DNA of 64,000 nt from the NCBI GenBank assembly GCA_965250285.1, contig OZ252299.1, positions 224,001-288,000 of the forward strand. The letters are read 5' to 3'. Shown here in pieces: positions 38,210 to 48,573 of the stretch (the first letter of the stretch is position 1; each line of letters begins with the position of its first letter). The notes beneath the pieces are model-generated. The model worked only from the letters and a program-made list of their open reading frames with translations, made no database searches and had not been told where the DNA came from. Made by a program: the position numbers and the translations under genes. Source of the DNA: Myxococcota bacterium (GTDB lineage: Bacteria; Myxococcota_A; UBA9160; UBA4427).

Positions 38210-39644
38210 CACCGGATCGAGCGTGCCCGTCTTCGCCGTCGTCGGTCACCCGAACAAGGGCAAGTCGAGCCTGGTCGCGACGCTGGCCCAGGATGACCGA
38301 GTGGCCATCGGGGCCGATCCGGGGACGACCACACGCGCCGCGCGGTACCCCATGCGCGTCGACGGCGAAACCCTCTACGAGCTGGTCGACACGCCGGGGT
38401 TCCAACGGGCTCGCGCCGTGCTCGGCTGGCTGCAGGCCGAGGGCGAGCGCAGCCAGGCCTCCGCCGCTGATCGCCCCGCGCTCGTCGAGCGATTCGTGCG
38501 GGCCCCCGAGCACGCCGCCCGCTACCCCGACGAGATCGAGCTGCTCACGCCCATCGTCGAAGGGGCGGGCATCCTCTACGTCGTCGATGGTTCGGTCCCG
38601 TACGGCGCCGAGTACGAGGCCGAGATGGAGGTGCTGCGCTGGACGGGGCGGCCGAGCTTCGCGGTGATCAACCCGATCGGATCGGCCGATCACGTCGACG
38701 CGTGGCGTTCGGCGCTCGGTCAGTACTTTCGCGCCGTGCGCGTCTTCGACGCGCTCGATGCCGACTTCGACAAGCGACTCGATCTGCTGCGCGGCTTCGC
38801 CGAGCTCGAGGAGTCGTTCCGGGCGCCCCTGCAGCGGGCCGTCGATGTGCTCGGCGCCGACCGCGATGCGCGTCGCCGCCGGGCAGCGACCGAGATTGCC
38901 TCGTGGCTCGTCGAGGCGACGAGCTTCACGATCGAGCAGCGGATCGGACGGGACGAACGCGCCGAAGATCATCGCGCCGCCCTCGAAGAGCGTTTCCGTA
39001 CGCAGCTGCGTCGGCTCGAGCGTCGTGCCCGCAGCGCGGTCGAAGCGATCTACGACTTTCACGATCTCGACCGCGTCGAGGGAGAAGACGCCGAGCTCGA
39101 AGCCGACCGCGCGCTGCTCGAAGAAGACCTCTTCGATCGCGACACCTGGCTCGTCTTCGGCCTGCGCAGTCGCGACCTCGTGACGGCAGGTGCCGCGGCC
39201 GGCGCGGCAGCGGGTGGCACCGTCGACGCCGCCGTTGGCGGCGTGAGCCTGCTCGCGGGCCTGGCGATCGGGAGCGTCGTCGGCGGCGCCCTCGGCTGGC
39301 TGGGGGGCAATCGGCTCGGGAAGCTCGAGGTGATGAACCGCCCGCTCGGCGGGGCGGTCGTGCGATACGGCCCCGCGCGCAGCGTAAACTTCGTCGCCGT
39401 GCTGCTCGGGCGCGCCTGTTTGCATCAGGCGCTGATCGCCCGACGCGCGCACGCCCGCCGCGATGCGCTCGCTCTGGCCGCGGCGGTCAAGAGCGACGAA
39501 GGCGTGGCTTCGGGCGCCGAGCTCGTCGCGGCGTCGAAGAAGATCGACCCGCAGCGCGTGCGCAGCGTCGTCGATGCTCTGAAGCGCCGGGACGGGCCCG
39601 ATGCCGCCGCGGTAGCCGAGGCGATCGCGCCGCTGCTCGGCTGA
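38202..39644 (+). CDS. GTPase / DUF3482 domain protein
   Basis: G1 GHPNKGKS, PGTT, G3 DTPG, LYVVDG, EMEVLRW; Gly-rich hydrophobic C-terminal segment; overlaps the DUF2868 stop. Confidence 0.85.
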   Translation: MSDTGSSVPVFAVVGHPNKGKSSLVATLAQDDRVAIGADPGTTTRAARYPMRVDGETLYELVDTPGFQRARAVLGWLQAEGERSQASAADRPALVERFVRAPEHAARYPDEIELLTPIVEGAGILYVVDGSVPYGAEYEAEMEVLRWTGRPSFAVINPIGSADHVDAWRSALGQYFRAVRVFDALDADFDKRLDLLRGFAELEESFRAPLQRAVDVLGADRDARRRRAATEIASWLVEATSFTIEQRIGRDERAEDHRAALEERFRTQLRRLERRARSAVEAIYDFHDLDRVEGEDAELEADRALLEEDLFDRDTWLVFGLRSRDLVTAGAAAGAAAGGTVDAAVGGVSLLAGLAIGSVVGGALGWLGGNRLGKLEVMNRPLGGAVVRYGPARSVNFVAVLLGRACLHQALIARRAHARRDALALAAAVKSDEGVASGAELVAASKKIDPQRVRSVVDALKRRDGPDAAAVAEAIAPLLG

Positions 39645-39677
39645 TCGGCAGCCGGACCGGCCGAGATCGAGGGGGCG

Positions 39678-40631
39678 CTACTGGCCGAGCAGTGGCGCCA
39701 TGACCTCTTCGGCAAATTGCTCGACCAGGTCGTGGTCGCGTCCCTGGATCACGATGTAGTTGATGCCCGTCTTCTCGCGCCGCGATTCGAGGCGGTCACG
39801 AATCTCGGCGGCCGACCCGGTCAAGAAGAGCGGACAGTCGGCGACCTCGTCGACGCTCATCCCCGAGCTCTGCGACAACGCGCCGCGGATCCCCGATGGA
39901 TCTTCGGTCAGCGCGACGACGAAGACGAGCGAGTTGAACTCGAGCGCGGCGGCGTCGCGCCCGGCCCGATCGGCCGCGGTCCGCACCCACTCGATCTTCT
40001 GGAGCGTTCGGTCGGGACTCAGATCGGCCGCGGTCTCGTTCGTGATGCGGCCGTCGACCATCGTCGGGTTGATGCCGACGATGTCCGCGTGGCGCCCGGC
40101 GAGGCTCAGCACGCGCTCGCCCCCACCGCCGACCAACACCTTCGGTGCGCTGCCCGGCGGCAGCGGGGCGGCCTGGGCGATGTCGGTGATCGTGTAGTGG
40201 CGCCCTTCGAAGTGGGTCTTCTCCTGGGTCCACATCGATCGGCAGATCTGCAGCGCCTCGTCGAGTCGCTCGATCCGCAGGCCGATGCGGTCGTACGGCA
40301 TGCCGGCCTCGACGTAGTCGGTCTCCATCCAACCTGCGCCGAGGCCGAACTCGTGGCGCCCGCCCGAGAGCAGCTGAATCGTGGCGGCCTGCTTCGCGAA
40401 GACGACCGGGTGTCGGTAGTCGACGTCGTACACGAGGCTTCCGACGGCCAGCTCTTCGGTCACCGCAGCGACGCCGGCCATGAGCGCCGTGGGATCCCAC
40501 TGCGGGCCGAAGTGATCGGGCACGAACACGGTCGAGAACCCGAGGGCCTCGATCCGACGGACGCGTTCGCGCCAGCCGTCCGCGGGAAGCTCGGAGACCT
40601 GGAGGCCGAAACGGAAGGGATGTGTGGGCAT
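39678..40631 (-). CDS. LLM-class probable F420-dependent oxidoreductase
   Basis: PFRFGLQ, PDH, YRHPVVFAKQAAT, SGGRHEFGLGAGW, VGGGG. Confidence 0.85.
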   Translation of the reverse strand: MPTHPFRFGLQVSELPADGWRERVRRIEALGFSTVFVPDHFGPQWDPTALMAGVAAVTEELAVGSLVYDVDYRHPVVFAKQAATIQLLSGGRHEFGLGAGWMETDYVEAGMPYDRIGLRIERLDEALQICRSMWTQEKTHFEGRHYTITDIAQAAPLPPGSAPKVLVGGGGERVLSLAGRHADIVGINPTMVDGRITNETAADLSPDRTLQKIEWVRTAADRAGRDAAALEFNSLVFVVALTEDPSGIRGALSQSSGMSVDEVADCPLFLTGSAAEIRDRLESRREKTGINYIVIQGRDHDLVEQFAEEVMAPLLGQ

Positions 40632-40823
40632 GGGGCGATCTCCGGTGAGGGCGAGTGTGACCGGTGCCGGGCTGGCCGGCGCGTTCAGCGTATCGGATCG
40701 GCGGCCGGTCCCGCGACGCGCCCCCGGCGCACGCCGTCTCGCCTAGACTCCGCGCCTCGCGGCTGCCCCGAGGCTCGACAGGCGAGCGCTCGGCCCGGGC
40801 CCATGCGTGTGGAGACGAGCATC

Positions 40824-41726
40824 GTGACGAGTGCCTACCAGAGTGTGCTTCGGGCGGGTGTCTTCGAAGGACAGACGGTCCTCGTAACCGGCGGCGGGAC
40901 GGGCATCGGGCGATGCACGGCGCACGAGCTGGCGAGCCTCGGTGCGCGGGTCGTCATCGCCGGCCGCCGCGAAGACGTGCTGTCGGCCACCGCCGACGAG
41001 ATCATCGCCGACGGGGGTGAGTGCGAGTTCGAGGCGATGGATCTGCGCGACGGTGACTCGGTGCGTGCGGCGGTGGGACGCATCGTCGAGCGCTGCGGGC
41101 CGATCCACGGCCTGTTCAACAACGCCGGCGGCCAGTTCTCGGCACCGGCCGCGAAGCTCAGCGAGAACGCCTGGCAGAAGGTCGTCGACCTGAACCTGCA
41201 CGGCACCTTTCGGGTGACGCGCGCCGTATTCGACGCTTCGATGAAGGAGCACGGCGGGGCGGTGGTCAGCATGCTCGCCGACATTCGCAGCGGCTACGTG
41301 GGGATGGCGCACAGCTCGGCCGCGCGAGCCGGCATCCAGAACCTGACGATCACACTGGCCCTCGAGTGGGCGCGCAACGACGTGCGCCTGAACTGCGTCG
41401 CACCGGGTACGATCCTCGCGGCGGGCATGCGCACGTATCCGCCTGCCGTGCAGGAGGCATCGGTGCGCGGTGCCAGCCGCATTCCCGCTGCCCGACTCGG
41501 GACCGAGAGCGAAGTGTCGGCGGTCGTGTGCTTCCTGCTCTCGCCCGGTGCCGCTTTCGTGACGGGGCAGGCCATCGCGATCGACGGCGGGTCTTCGTTC
41601 CAGAAGAGCGTGCTCTACGACATCGCCAAGCACGCGCCGACGACGCAGTTCGACGGCTTTCATCGACGTGAAGACTGGTCGGGCACGCCCTATGCCGACC
41701 TGGCTCGGCCGAAGAGCGGCGAGTGA
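40824..41726 (+). CDS. SDR, trans-2-enoyl-CoA reductase/citronellol dehydrogenase-like
   Basis: TGGGTGIGRCTAHELASLGA, NNAGGQF, HSSAAR in place of YxxxK; start 40803 or 40824. Confidence 0.85.
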   Translation: MTSAYQSVLRAGVFEGQTVLVTGGGTGIGRCTAHELASLGARVVIAGRREDVLSATADEIIADGGECEFEAMDLRDGDSVRAAVGRIVERCGPIHGLFNNAGGQFSAPAAKLSENAWQKVVDLNLHGTFRVTRAVFDASMKEHGGAVVSMLADIRSGYVGMAHSSAARAGIQNLTITLALEWARNDVRLNCVAPGTILAAGMRTYPPAVQEASVRGASRIPAARLGTESEVSAVVCFLLSPGAAFVTGQAIAIDGGSSFQKSVLYDIAKHAPTTQFDGFHRREDWSGTPYADLARPKSGE

Positions 41727-41738
41727 GGCTGCGCAGGC

Positions 41739-43244
41739 TCAGGGGGCGCCGGGTGTCGACGCATCCGCCGCGTCCGCCGGCTCGACGTCGGCGAGGCCCG
41801 TGAACTCGAGCACGCGCTCTGCCAGGTAGGGAAAGAACGGGTTCCAGCGGATGCGCAGCATGTCGCCTGGCGAGATCGCCAGGACACCGCGCTCGCCGCG
41901 CAGCGCGACCCGTCCGATGTGGATCCGGTCGGCGTTCGGCGTCGACTCGCCGCCGTAGAGCGGATCGTCGGGCGGGAACGGGATCGCGATGTGCCCGAGC
42001 GAGAACAGGTCGTTGGGCCAATCGAGCCCGAGCGGTGTCACGCGAAAGTCAGTCGCGTTCGGTTCGCGGCGGTGCTCGACGACCGCGGTGCTCTCGTCGT
42101 CTTCGTTCGAGACGACGGTGAGCGTGAAGGCGTGCCCCGCCTCTTCGAGATGTTGCTTCAGCACGGGGCGTGGGTCGTTGCGCAACAGGGCGTCGAGCTC
42201 GGATCGCCGGTTGACGTCGAACAGAATCAGCTCGTGCCCGCCCTCGGGCAGGCGCGCCATCAGGCCGTCGATCAGGGTCGGCACCGTCACGGTCGAGTCG
42301 ACGGCCGACGAGATCGCCAGCACGGGCGGCATGGCGTTGAGCTGCCCAGCGGCCTTCACGGCGGTCAGCCGACGGTCGAGCTCGTGGGTCAGGCGAAACG
42401 TCTGGTCGCCGGCGTTCACGGCGAACGACGCGTACTTGAAGGGGTCGTACTCGGGGCCGACGCTGTTCCAGAACAGCTTGTCGAGGTCGAGCCAGCGGCC
42501 GATCCGCGACTGCCAGATCGCGAAGGCCGCGGCCGGGGTGACGCCGATCATGGGCGAGAGCAGGATGATGCCGTCGGGGCGAGCGATCGTGTCGTCTTCG
42601 ATCGCCGCCAGCGCGTGCTCGGTCGCGAGGGCCGCGCCGTTCGAGTAGCCGACGAGATAGAGCGGTCGGTCGCCGATCTGGTCGCGGACGTGTCGAGCCG
42701 CGATGCGCACGGCGGCGGCCATGTCTTCCCAGGTGGCATAGACGAGGCCCGTGGGTGCGGTGCCGTGCCCGGGCACCCGCAGCCCCACGACCCAGGCGCC
42801 TGCATCGTGCAGGCGCTCGCCGATCGCGCGCAGACTGTACGGCGAGTCGGACATGCCGTGAACCAGCACGACCCCCGCTTTCGGTGCGTCGACGGGCCAC
42901 TCGAAGCTGCGATTCCAGTCTCGATCCCAGCGCGTCGGCGAGGACCGGCTGCCTTCGTAGAACCGGTTCAGCACGGTGCGCTCGTCGGGCTCGATCTGGC
43001 GCGTCACCTCGCGGTCGAGCTCGTCGAAGAGGCGCTCCTCGAGCGCGAGGTAGCCGGCGAAGTCGGTGACGTCCGACTTGCGCGTGAACTCTTCGTCGAG
43101 CCGCACCTCGTGCCAGACGCTCAGGTCGTCCTTCGAATTGAGAAAGAGCACGCCGGCGACGACGACCACGGCGAGGATCGCGAGCGTGCCGTAGAAGGCG
43201 AGGCGATACAGGCCGCGAAACGTGGAACGGGCGTATCGGGGCAT
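41739..43244 (-). CDS. Membrane-anchored alpha/beta hydrolase
   Basis: N-terminal TM, HGMSDSPYS, PGHGT, GYSNG nucleophile, DSTV, SLGHIA. Confidence 0.85.
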   Translation of the reverse strand: MPRYARSTFRGLYRLAFYGTLAILAVVVVAGVLFLNSKDDLSVWHEVRLDEEFTRKSDVTDFAGYLALEERLFDELDREVTRQIEPDERTVLNRFYEGSRSSPTRWDRDWNRSFEWPVDAPKAGVVLVHGMSDSPYSLRAIGERLHDAGAWVVGLRVPGHGTAPTGLVYATWEDMAAAVRIAARHVRDQIGDRPLYLVGYSNGAALATEHALAAIEDDTIARPDGIILLSPMIGVTPAAAFAIWQSRIGRWLDLDKLFWNSVGPEYDPFKYASFAVNAGDQTFRLTHELDRRLTAVKAAGQLNAMPPVLAISSAVDSTVTVPTLIDGLMARLPEGGHELILFDVNRRSELDALLRNDPRPVLKQHLEEAGHAFTLTVVSNEDDESTAVVEHRREPNATDFRVTPLGLDWPNDLFSLGHIAIPFPPDDPLYGGESTPNADRIHIGRVALRGERGVLAISPGDMLRIRWNPFFPYLAERVLEFTGLADVEPADAADASTPGAP

Positions 43245-43248
43245 CCGG

Positions 43249-43653
43249 TCAGCCTGCCGCGTTGGCCAGATCGACCTGCTCGTTCAGCGTCCAGAAGTCG
43301 AAGAGCAGGCCGAGACCGAAGAGCCCGCCGGTCAGCAGATACAGGATCGCGGTGGGCCACTTGCCGATGTAGAAGCGGTGCAGGCCGAAGAGGCCGAAGA
43401 AGGTCAAGAGGATCCACGCGAGGTTGTAGTCGAAGGGGCCCGTTCGATATCGAAAATCGGCCTCGCGATCCATGCTCGGGATGAGGAAGAGGTCGATCAG
43501 CCAGCCGATGCCGAGCAGGCCGAGGGTCAGGAACCAGATCGTGCCGGTGATCGGACGGCCGTAGTAGAACCGGTGGCTGCCGAGAAACCCGAAGATCCAG
43601 AGCACGTAGCCGAACGTCTTGAGGTGGGTGTCTGCCGGCTGCGTTTCGGTCAT
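43249..43653 (-). CDS. TM2 (NINE) domain protein with two TM2 repeats
   Basis: GSHRFYYG and GLHRFYIG, TLGLLGIGWLID; start MTETQ at 43653. Confidence 0.9.
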   Translation of the reverse strand: MTETQPADTHLKTFGYVLWIFGFLGSHRFYYGRPITGTIWFLTLGLLGIGWLIDLFLIPSMDREADFRYRTGPFDYNLAWILLTFFGLFGLHRFYIGKWPTAILYLLTGGLFGLGLLFDFWTLNEQVDLANAAG

Positions 43654-43803
43654 GCGATCTCCCGGTCGGCGCCTCGTCGAGCGCCGCACGAGAGTAGCGG
43701 TCTGGCGATCCTTCGTTGCGACGTCGACTCTCGAGACGAGCGAGGGACGGGGTCGGATGCCCCCGGATACCCACTGTGCCCGCAGTGCAGCGCGCGGGGT
43801 ACC

Positions 43804-46800
43804 TCAGTGCGCGGCGAGGTCCAGCTCGGTCAGCGATCTGTCGTCTGACGCCATCGACTCGACCGCGACGTCGAGGACGAAGATGCGCTCGGCCGGGATC
43901 GCGCCGTTCGCGGTCAGGTAGTCGCGGACGGCGCCGGCCCGCCGGCGGGCCAGCTCGCGGAGCGCTGCGTCGTCGATCGAGATCGTCTCGGCGACGCGCC
44001 GCTCGATCTCGGTCTGCCAGGCGGCCATCATCTCGTCGGACTGCGCGCCTTCGAGCGGGCGGTCTTCTTCGGGTGCCGGGACGGGCACCAGCATCTCGAC
44101 CGGCTTCTCGCCGAAGATCGATTCGTAGCGGCTGAGCAGGAGGCGCTGTCGCTCGTCGTCTTCGAGCACGACCTCTTCGACGGATTCGGGTTTGCGTCCG
44201 AACCAGCGCGACTGCAGCTCGCGGTAGCGCTCGCGCCGCAGCTCCTGCTCGAGGGCCTGACGCTGCAGCTCGGGTCGGTCGAAGGCCTCGTCGGCGCGCC
44301 CGGTGATCTCGAGCGACAGGGCCGGGCGCTCGACGAGCGCCTTTGCGAGCTCATCGAGCTTCGATCGTTCGGCTGCGTCGAGGTCGGCCAGACCGGCCGA
44401 GAAGCCGACGCTCTTCATGTCGTCGCCGTCGTCTCCGCCGCCGGCGAGTCCGCCCAGGGCGGCGAAGGGAGAGAGCGCGACCTTCGTGATCAGGTTGCCC
44501 AGGGCTCCGAACACGAGCTTGCCGACACTGAACTCGGGATCGTCGGTGCGGCCGCGCACGGGCAGGTCGATGTGGATCTCACCGTTGCGATCCTTGAGCA
44601 GCGCGATCGCGAGACCGACCGGCAGATTCATCGCATCGGGGCTGTCGGTCTTCTCGCCGAGAGAGAACTGATCGAGGAAGAGCTCGTTCTCGCCTCGGAT
44701 CGAGGGGCCATCGATCACGTACTCGACGTCGAGGAAGAGCTTGCCCCGGTCGATCATCTGCCCGATGTGGTGGCTCGAATAGGGCGAGAACTGCGTGAGC
44801 CCGAAGTTGCGGAACCCGACGCGCAGGTCGATGTAGGGGTTCTCGGCGAGGGGGCTCATCTCGCCCGCCACCGAGACGGGGGTCGACCCGTCGATGTGGC
44901 CGGCCAGCGCCAGTCGCGCGCGGGCCTCGGCATCGGAGGAGAGGCCTTCGAGCTTGCCGTCGATCCGGCTGAGAGATGTCGAGAAGCGCGGCTGGATGCT
45001 GCCGTCGACGAACTGGGCTTCTCCGCCCTCGATGATGACGGCCCCGATCGAGATCGGGGGCGGGGCCGTGGGGGCGGCCTCGCCGGTGTCGCCGCCCGCC
45101 GTGCCGTTTTCGCGGACCACCGAAGCCACGTTGGGCGTGCCGTCGCGAGCGATGACGACTCGGGCTTCGGGCTGACGCAGCGTGACCGTATCGAGGGCGA
45201 TGCGCATCGGTTCGAGGTCGAATGTCAGGCCGGCGAGCTCGAGCGCGTTCCATGAGAGCAGCGCCTGCGAGAGCCGGTCGTCGAAGGTCGCGAGCTCGTC
45301 GATGCGCACGTCGCCCGCGAACCGCATCGAGACGGGGCCGTCGCTCGGCGCGGCGACATCGAGGTCGGCGTCGATGCCGAGGCGCGCCGACGAAGCGTGC
45401 ACCGCGAGGGCCGGCAGCCAGTAGGGCTCGAACGGCGTCAGGTCGAAGCGCGTGAGATCGATCTCGAGGTCGGCCGAGGCGGGCTCGGGCGTGACCGTGC
45501 CCGTCACCTGCAGATGGCCGCGCTCGCTGGTCGCCGGCGCCGCGTCGGAGCTGGCTTCGGCGCTCGCTTCGAGTTCGGCGACGGCCCCGAAACCCATCTC
45601 GGCCCGCAGGCCGATGGGCTTCGTCATGTCCGACGAGATGCCGTCGAATCGCAGCGCAATCGGTGCCACGGTGAGTCGCGTGTTCGGATCGGTGGAGCGG
45701 TCTTCGAAGTCGATGCGATGCTCTTCGATCTGCACGCGTTCGATCGCGTACGTCCACGGCGGCGTCTCGAGTTCGGGCTCGCTCTCTTCGGCGGTCGCTG
45801 CCGCCATCGGTGCGGTCGGGCCGCTGTCCCCGTTCGTTCTCGTCTCGGAGAGCTTCTCCATCCTGAACCGACCGTCCGGAAGGCGGACGAGATGATGGCG
45901 ACCGCCTCGGCCCTCGACGGCCGCGACGTCGAGCGTCTGTTCGGGGTACGCGACCTCGATGCCCGTGACGTCGAGCGCGTCGAGCGACACGGCGATGTCA
46001 CCGCTCTCGCGGTCGGCCACCTTGAAGTCGCGCAGCCGGATCTCGCCTTCGTGCAGCCGCGCGGTCAGCGCGTCGCGTGCGTCGAAATCGTACTGTCCGA
46101 GCACATCGACCGTGCCGCTCACGACCTCGAAGAGCACGTCGTCTTGCACGTAGAGCCAGCCTGTGCGCGGGCGCACGCCCGTCAGTGCGAAGCGGCCCTG
46201 GCTGTAGAGCGGCACGACCGAGAGGTTGCCTTCCCACTCGAGGGCCTCGCCCCTGCCGGTGGTCGCCTTGAAGTTGTACGGCGACTCGTCGTCGGGTCGC
46301 GTGCCGAAGTCGGTCAGCTCGATGTCGAGCGGGGCGATCTCGGCCTCGAAGTCGGTCGGCCGGCTGAAATCGGTGAAGGCGATGCGGCCGCGCTCGATGC
46401 GTGCCACATGAATCAGCAGGGGCGGCGGGCCGCCCGGCTCCGCTTCGGCTTCGTCGTCGTCGTCGGCGAGCAGCGTGTCGATGATGTCGCCAAAGTTGAG
46501 CGCACCATCTTCGAGGACCTTCACGTGGACCGAGGCTTCAGTGAGCCGGATCTCGCGAAACGTGAAGGCGAAGTGAAAGAGCGATGACAGCTCGAAGTCG
46601 GCAAACAGCTCGTCGAAACGAACGAAGTCGGATCCGTCGCGATCGGGCAGCGCGAAGTCGCGCACGTCGACCGAGAGCAGGAACGGATTGATCCGGACCT
46701 CGCCGATCGATGCATCGCGGTGGAACTCTTCTCGGAGGATCTCGGTCGCCTGCGTGCGCACGATCCATGGCAGCAGCAGGAAGCCGAAGGCGGCGTACAC

Positions 46801-46908
46801 GGCCACGGCGAGGGCGGCACCGAGGGCGAGCTTCTGCCTTCGGCTGAGGTTCTTGAGGGCGTCGATCCAGGACACGCGGGGGGGCTGCTCCAGCCGACGC
46901 CGAGCCAT
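43804..46908 (-). CDS. DUF748 domain envelope protein with OmpA-like C-terminal region (start uncertain, 46875-46998)
   Basis: GFLLLP, INPF, FSPYS, ALLKDRNGEIHIDLPVRG..DDPEFS, SPF..LG, LA..RA..VRDYL. Confidence 0.85.
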   Translation of the reverse strand: MARRRLEQPPRVSWIDALKNLSRRQKLALGAALAVAVYAAFGFLLLPWIVRTQATEILREEFHRDASIGEVRINPFLLSVDVRDFALPDRDGSDFVRFDELFADFELSSLFHFAFTFREIRLTEASVHVKVLEDGALNFGDIIDTLLADDDDEAEAEPGGPPPLLIHVARIERGRIAFTDFSRPTDFEAEIAPLDIELTDFGTRPDDESPYNFKATTGRGEALEWEGNLSVVPLYSQGRFALTGVRPRTGWLYVQDDVLFEVVSGTVDVLGQYDFDARDALTARLHEGEIRLRDFKVADRESGDIAVSLDALDVTGIEVAYPEQTLDVAAVEGRGGRHHLVRLPDGRFRMEKLSETRTNGDSGPTAPMAAATAEESEPELETPPWTYAIERVQIEEHRIDFEDRSTDPNTRLTVAPIALRFDGISSDMTKPIGLRAEMGFGAVAELEASAEASSDAAPATSERGHLQVTGTVTPEPASADLEIDLTRFDLTPFEPYWLPALAVHASSARLGIDADLDVAAPSDGPVSMRFAGDVRIDELATFDDRLSQALLSWNALELAGLTFDLEPMRIALDTVTLRQPEARVVIARDGTPNVASVVRENGTAGGDTGEAAPTAPPPISIGAVIIEGGEAQFVDGSIQPRFSTSLSRIDGKLEGLSSDAEARARLALAGHIDGSTPVSVAGEMSPLAENPYIDLRVGFRNFGLTQFSPYSSHHIGQMIDRGKLFLDVEYVIDGPSIRGENELFLDQFSLGEKTDSPDAMNLPVGLAIALLKDRNGEIHIDLPVRGRTDDPEFSVGKLVFGALGNLITKVALSPFAALGGLAGGGDDGDDMKSVGFSAGLADLDAAERSKLDELAKALVERPALSLEITGRADEAFDRPELQRQALEQELRRERYRELQSRWFGRKPESVEEVVLEDDERQRLLLSRYESIFGEKPVEMLVPVPAPEEDRPLEGAQSDEMMAAWQTEIERRVAETISIDDAALRELARRRAGAVRDYLTANGAIPAERIFVLDVAVESMASDDRSLTELDLAAH

Positions 46909-47116
46909 CGGTCGCCGGCCGCGGAGGAAGGGGCCAAGAGGTGCCAGTCTACCACCGGGCGGCAGCGAGGACACCGGGACGCGGGGTTCGGCCTTCATTC
47001 GCGGGCGGGTGCTCGGAAGATCGGGACAGGGCCGCGCGGGTGGCCCATCCGTGCCGCTGCATGCGCGTTCGGCGGCCCTGCTCGGGTACCATCAACGGGC
47101 GGGGGAATCGGCTTCT

Positions 47117-48541
47117 TTGGGATCGATCGAGACGATCTTCGAATGGATCGCGCGTCACGAAACGGTGCTGTCGGGCATCGCTGCCGCCATCGTGATCGTC
47201 GGCGTCGTGGTTGCGCCGGTCGTTCGCGCGCTGCGCCGCTTGACCCGCCGGGCCCCGGGCGAGCCTGCGGCGCCGTCGGCGCCCTTCGTCGACGCACCGG
47301 CGCCCCAGGAGGACGACGCCCGCCCCTCGGTCGCGGTGATGCCCTTCGTCGATCGCTCGCCAGGGGTCACGATGGACGGCCTCTGCGACGGCCTGCTCGA
47401 AGACCTGATCGCAGCGCTCTCCCGAATCAAGCCGTTCTTCGTGATCGCGCGCAGCTCGATGCTGACCTACCGCGACCGCGACGTCGATCCGCGCGACGTC
47501 GCCCGCGAGCTCGGGGTCCGGTACGTGATCACGGGCAGCGTCGTCACGTCGGGCGATGCCCTGCGCCTGACCGCCGAGCTCGTCGATGCACGGACGGGTG
47601 AGCAGGTCGACACCCAGCGCTTCGAGCGCCCCCAGGCCGAACTCTTCGATCTGCAGGACGACATCGTGCACCACGTGGTGGCCTCGCTGCAGCCGGCGCT
47701 CAAGGGTGCCGAGGCGGACCGGGCCCAGCGCAGCGAGACCGAGAGCCTCGATGCGTGGGCGATCGTCAACCGGGCCCACATTCGCCTCAACCAGAATCTG
47801 TCCGATCGCGACGCGACGCTGGCGGCCATCGCCGATGCGAGGCGGGCGCTCGAGCTCGATTCGGAGTACGGCCTGGCCTGGGCCGTGCTCGGTCTCGCGC
47901 TCGCGTTGGCCTGGACCCATCGCTTCGAGACCGCTTCGAGCGAGCTCGACGTCGAGGCGGGTGCGGCGAGCCGACGGGCCGCCGAGCTCGATCCAAACGA
48001 TGCCGCCGTGCAGCACTGCGTGGGCGCGACGATGGGCAACCTGGGCCGCACCGCCGAAGCGGTGCGCGCGTATACGCGCGCACTCGAGCTCGATCCCAAT
48101 GCGGCGGCCAGCTATGGCGGTCTCGGCGCCGCGCTCGTCTTCGCGAAGCGCGCCGAAGATGCGAAGGATTCGCTCGACAAGGCGATCCGGCTCTCGCCCC
48201 GAGATCCGCTGCTCTATCACTGGGTGGCCTATCGAGGCCTCGCCGAGCTGGTCATCGGCCGCTTCGAGCAGGCGCGCGACGATGCGCGTGCTTCGCTCGA
48301 CCGTGTGCGGGGCCGCGTCGCCCTGGCGGTGCTCGCGGTCGCGCAGGCGAACCTCGGCGCGCAGGCCGACGCGCGCGCTGCCTACGATGAGCTGCGTGCG
48401 CTCGACCCGGCCGTGAATCCCGCGGGCTGGGCCAACGTCGTCGAGTCGACGGTGCGCGAAGACTACGAGCGGTCGCAGCTGGTCGAGGGCATGTGGCTCG
48501 CATCGGGCCTCGCCCGCGACGACGCCGAGCCCCGCGACTGA
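47117..48541 (+). CDS. Membrane-anchored TolB-N-like + TPR protein
   Basis: TTG start at 47117 with TACCAT -10 upstream; SVAVMPF, VIARSS, ARELGVRYVITGSV, LFDLQDDI, TPRs (ALELDP, AIRLSPRDP). Confidence 0.8.
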   Translation: MGSIETIFEWIARHETVLSGIAAAIVIVGVVVAPVVRALRRLTRRAPGEPAAPSAPFVDAPAPQEDDARPSVAVMPFVDRSPGVTMDGLCDGLLEDLIAALSRIKPFFVIARSSMLTYRDRDVDPRDVARELGVRYVITGSVVTSGDALRLTAELVDARTGEQVDTQRFERPQAELFDLQDDIVHHVVASLQPALKGAEADRAQRSETESLDAWAIVNRAHIRLNQNLSDRDATLAAIADARRALELDSEYGLAWAVLGLALALAWTHRFETASSELDVEAGAASRRAAELDPNDAAVQHCVGATMGNLGRTAEAVRAYTRALELDPNAAASYGGLGAALVFAKRAEDAKDSLDKAIRLSPRDPLLYHWVAYRGLAELVIGRFEQARDDARASLDRVRGRVALAVLAVAQANLGAQADARAAYDELRALDPAVNPAGWANVVESTVREDYERSQLVEGMWLASGLARDDAEPRD

Positions 48542-48573
48542 ACGAGCAAGGCGCAGGCCTCCGAGCCGTGGGC

